DNA of 64,000 nt from a virus, in the IMG/VR virus record IMGVR_UViG_2889849113_000003, positions 3,716 to 67,715 of that record; one strand, 5' to 3'. A model generated the notes under the pieces. The model ran no database searches and was not told the DNA's origin. It saw nothing but the letters and a program-made list of their open reading frames with translations. The translations under genes and the position numbers were made by a program. Shown piece after piece: positions 62,887-64,000 of this stretch (its first letter is position 1; each line of letters starts with the position of its first letter).

Positions 62887-64000
62887 ATGGCAGGCCGTCC
62901 CCTTCGTGCGCGCTCCGGCATGGGGCGCATGCCGCGCTCGCGCATCGTCGAGACGGCGCCGCCGCCGTCGCTCACCCGCTTCGCCACAGCCCCGCTGAGC
63001 GTTGCGCTTCGCGCGGAGCGGCTGCTGCAGGCGTCGCTTTCGGCGCAGGTGGACGTGGTCGGCACCGGCACGGGCAACGCGGCGTTCCGCTACGTCGGCC
63101 CCACAGCCGCAGGCAACGGCAGCGGCAGCACCTGGGCGAACCGCGCGCAGTGGAGCACGCTCACGTTCCAGCGCGGCCTGACCTACTACCTGATGGCGGG
63201 CAACTACACCGCCCGCACCTACAACACGTCGGGCACGGCCCCCATCACGATCAGGAAGGCCACGGCCGAGGACCATGGCGAGGACGCCAGCGGCGGCTGG
63301 ACGAACTCCATGGCCACGGGCGTCTGCGCCTTCACGGGCACGCACGAGTTCGCCTCGAGCTTCTGGACCTTCGACGGCGTCACCGGCGGCGGCCCCGGCG
63401 CCTGGACCAGCGGCCACGGCTTCGAGTGCACGCAGACCAGCCCTTCTGCCCCGGTGTTCCGCATGAGCGGCGGCAACAACATCTTCGTGCGCCACGTCAA
63501 GCTCATCGGCATGAACTCGGCCGGCACCAGTGGCGGCTCGGCAGGCAACGACGGCTTCGCGGTGGTCAACTTCTCCACCGGGCAGGGCAGTTCCTTCACC
63601 GCGAGCCACTGCTGGTTCTTCGGCATCGGCCGGTGCCCGGTGTGGGCGCCCAGCACCGGCGCGATCGGCCACACCATCGAGCACAGCTACGTCGATCGGT
63701 TCAACTTCGGCTCGTCGGTGCACGGCGAGGTCGCATCCACCTACGGCTCCACCGGCACAAGCTGCGTCGTGACCTGGCGCTGGAACATCATCACCGACGT
63801 GCAGAGCACCGGCGGCCTACAGTGGTCGGCCACCGGCAGCAACAAGACGGCCGAGTTCCGCGTCTACGGCAACGTGTTCTACCGCCCTGCGAGCCGCACC
63901 TGGGCGCCGGCGGCCAACGGCTGCATCGGCGGCTGGACCGGCAACCCCAACGGGGACCGCGAGACCTGGCACAACACCAAGGTCTACAACAACACGTTCT
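62887..64000 (+). CDS. Parallel beta-helix (pectate-lyase-like) protein, truncated by window edge
   Basis: Manual translation open to window end: AGNGSGSTWAN, YYLMAGNY, NIFVRHV, NDG, TIEHSYV, VYGNVFY, KVYNNTF. Confidence 0.7.
   Translation, partial: MAGRPLRARSGMGRMPRSRIVETAPPPSLTRFATAPLSVALRAERLLQASLSAQVDVVGTGTGNAAFRYVGPTAAGNGSGSTWANRAQWSTLTFQRGLTYYLMAGNYTARTYNTSGTAPITIRKATAEDHGEDASGGWTNSMATGVCAFTGTHEFASSFWTFDGVTGGGPGAWTSGHGFECTQTSPSAPVFRMSGGNNIFVRHVKLIGMNSAGTSGGSAGNDGFAVVNFSTGQGSSFTASHCWFFGIGRCPVWAPSTGAIGHTIEHSYVDRFNFGSSVHGEVASTYGSTGTSCVVTWRWNIITDVQSTGGLQWSATGSNKTAEFRVYGNVFYRPASRTWAPAANGCIGGWTGNPNGDRETWHNTKVYNNTF

Noticed and set aside
1-64000. tRNA, rRNA, integrase, att site, lysis or tail genes
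   Set aside because: None recognised by eye; they may lie outside the window, so prophage versus free phage cannot be decided

Overview
The window is 64 kb of a high-GC tailed phage or prophage with temperate, lambdoid-like organisation; a Betaproteobacterial host is inferred from composition only. Layout: (1) 1-17.4 kb, a leftward early operon with a DNA methyltransferase, DHFR, ASCH protein, acyl carrier protein, RdgC, RyR-domain and vWA proteins and an HNH. (2) 17.4-18.8 kb, a CI/Cro-like switch. (3) 19-35.6 kb, rightward replication, recombination and nin-like genes ending in a Q-like antiterminator. (4) 35.6-51.2 kb, an accessory island of small cassette-like genes with an AcrVA2-like anti-CRISPR, an LPD29-like protein, a repeated intergenic motif and a shared promoter motif. 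(5) 52-64 kb, HNHs, terminase, HK97-type portal, ClpP-type protease, major capsid and a truncated beta-helix protein. No integrase, tail, lysis, tRNA or canonical CRISPR array was recognised. The standout is at 8.4-10.1 kb: a stand-alone Cas7/RAMP-like gene is followed directly by a 519-bp non-coding array of 95 GGH-NN pentamers, punctuated by 11 four-base spacers into about 10 units, and then by a 152-aa gene. This looks like a compact phage-encoded RNA-guided system with a non-contiguous guide code. All family calls come from motif recognition by eye; no searches were run.
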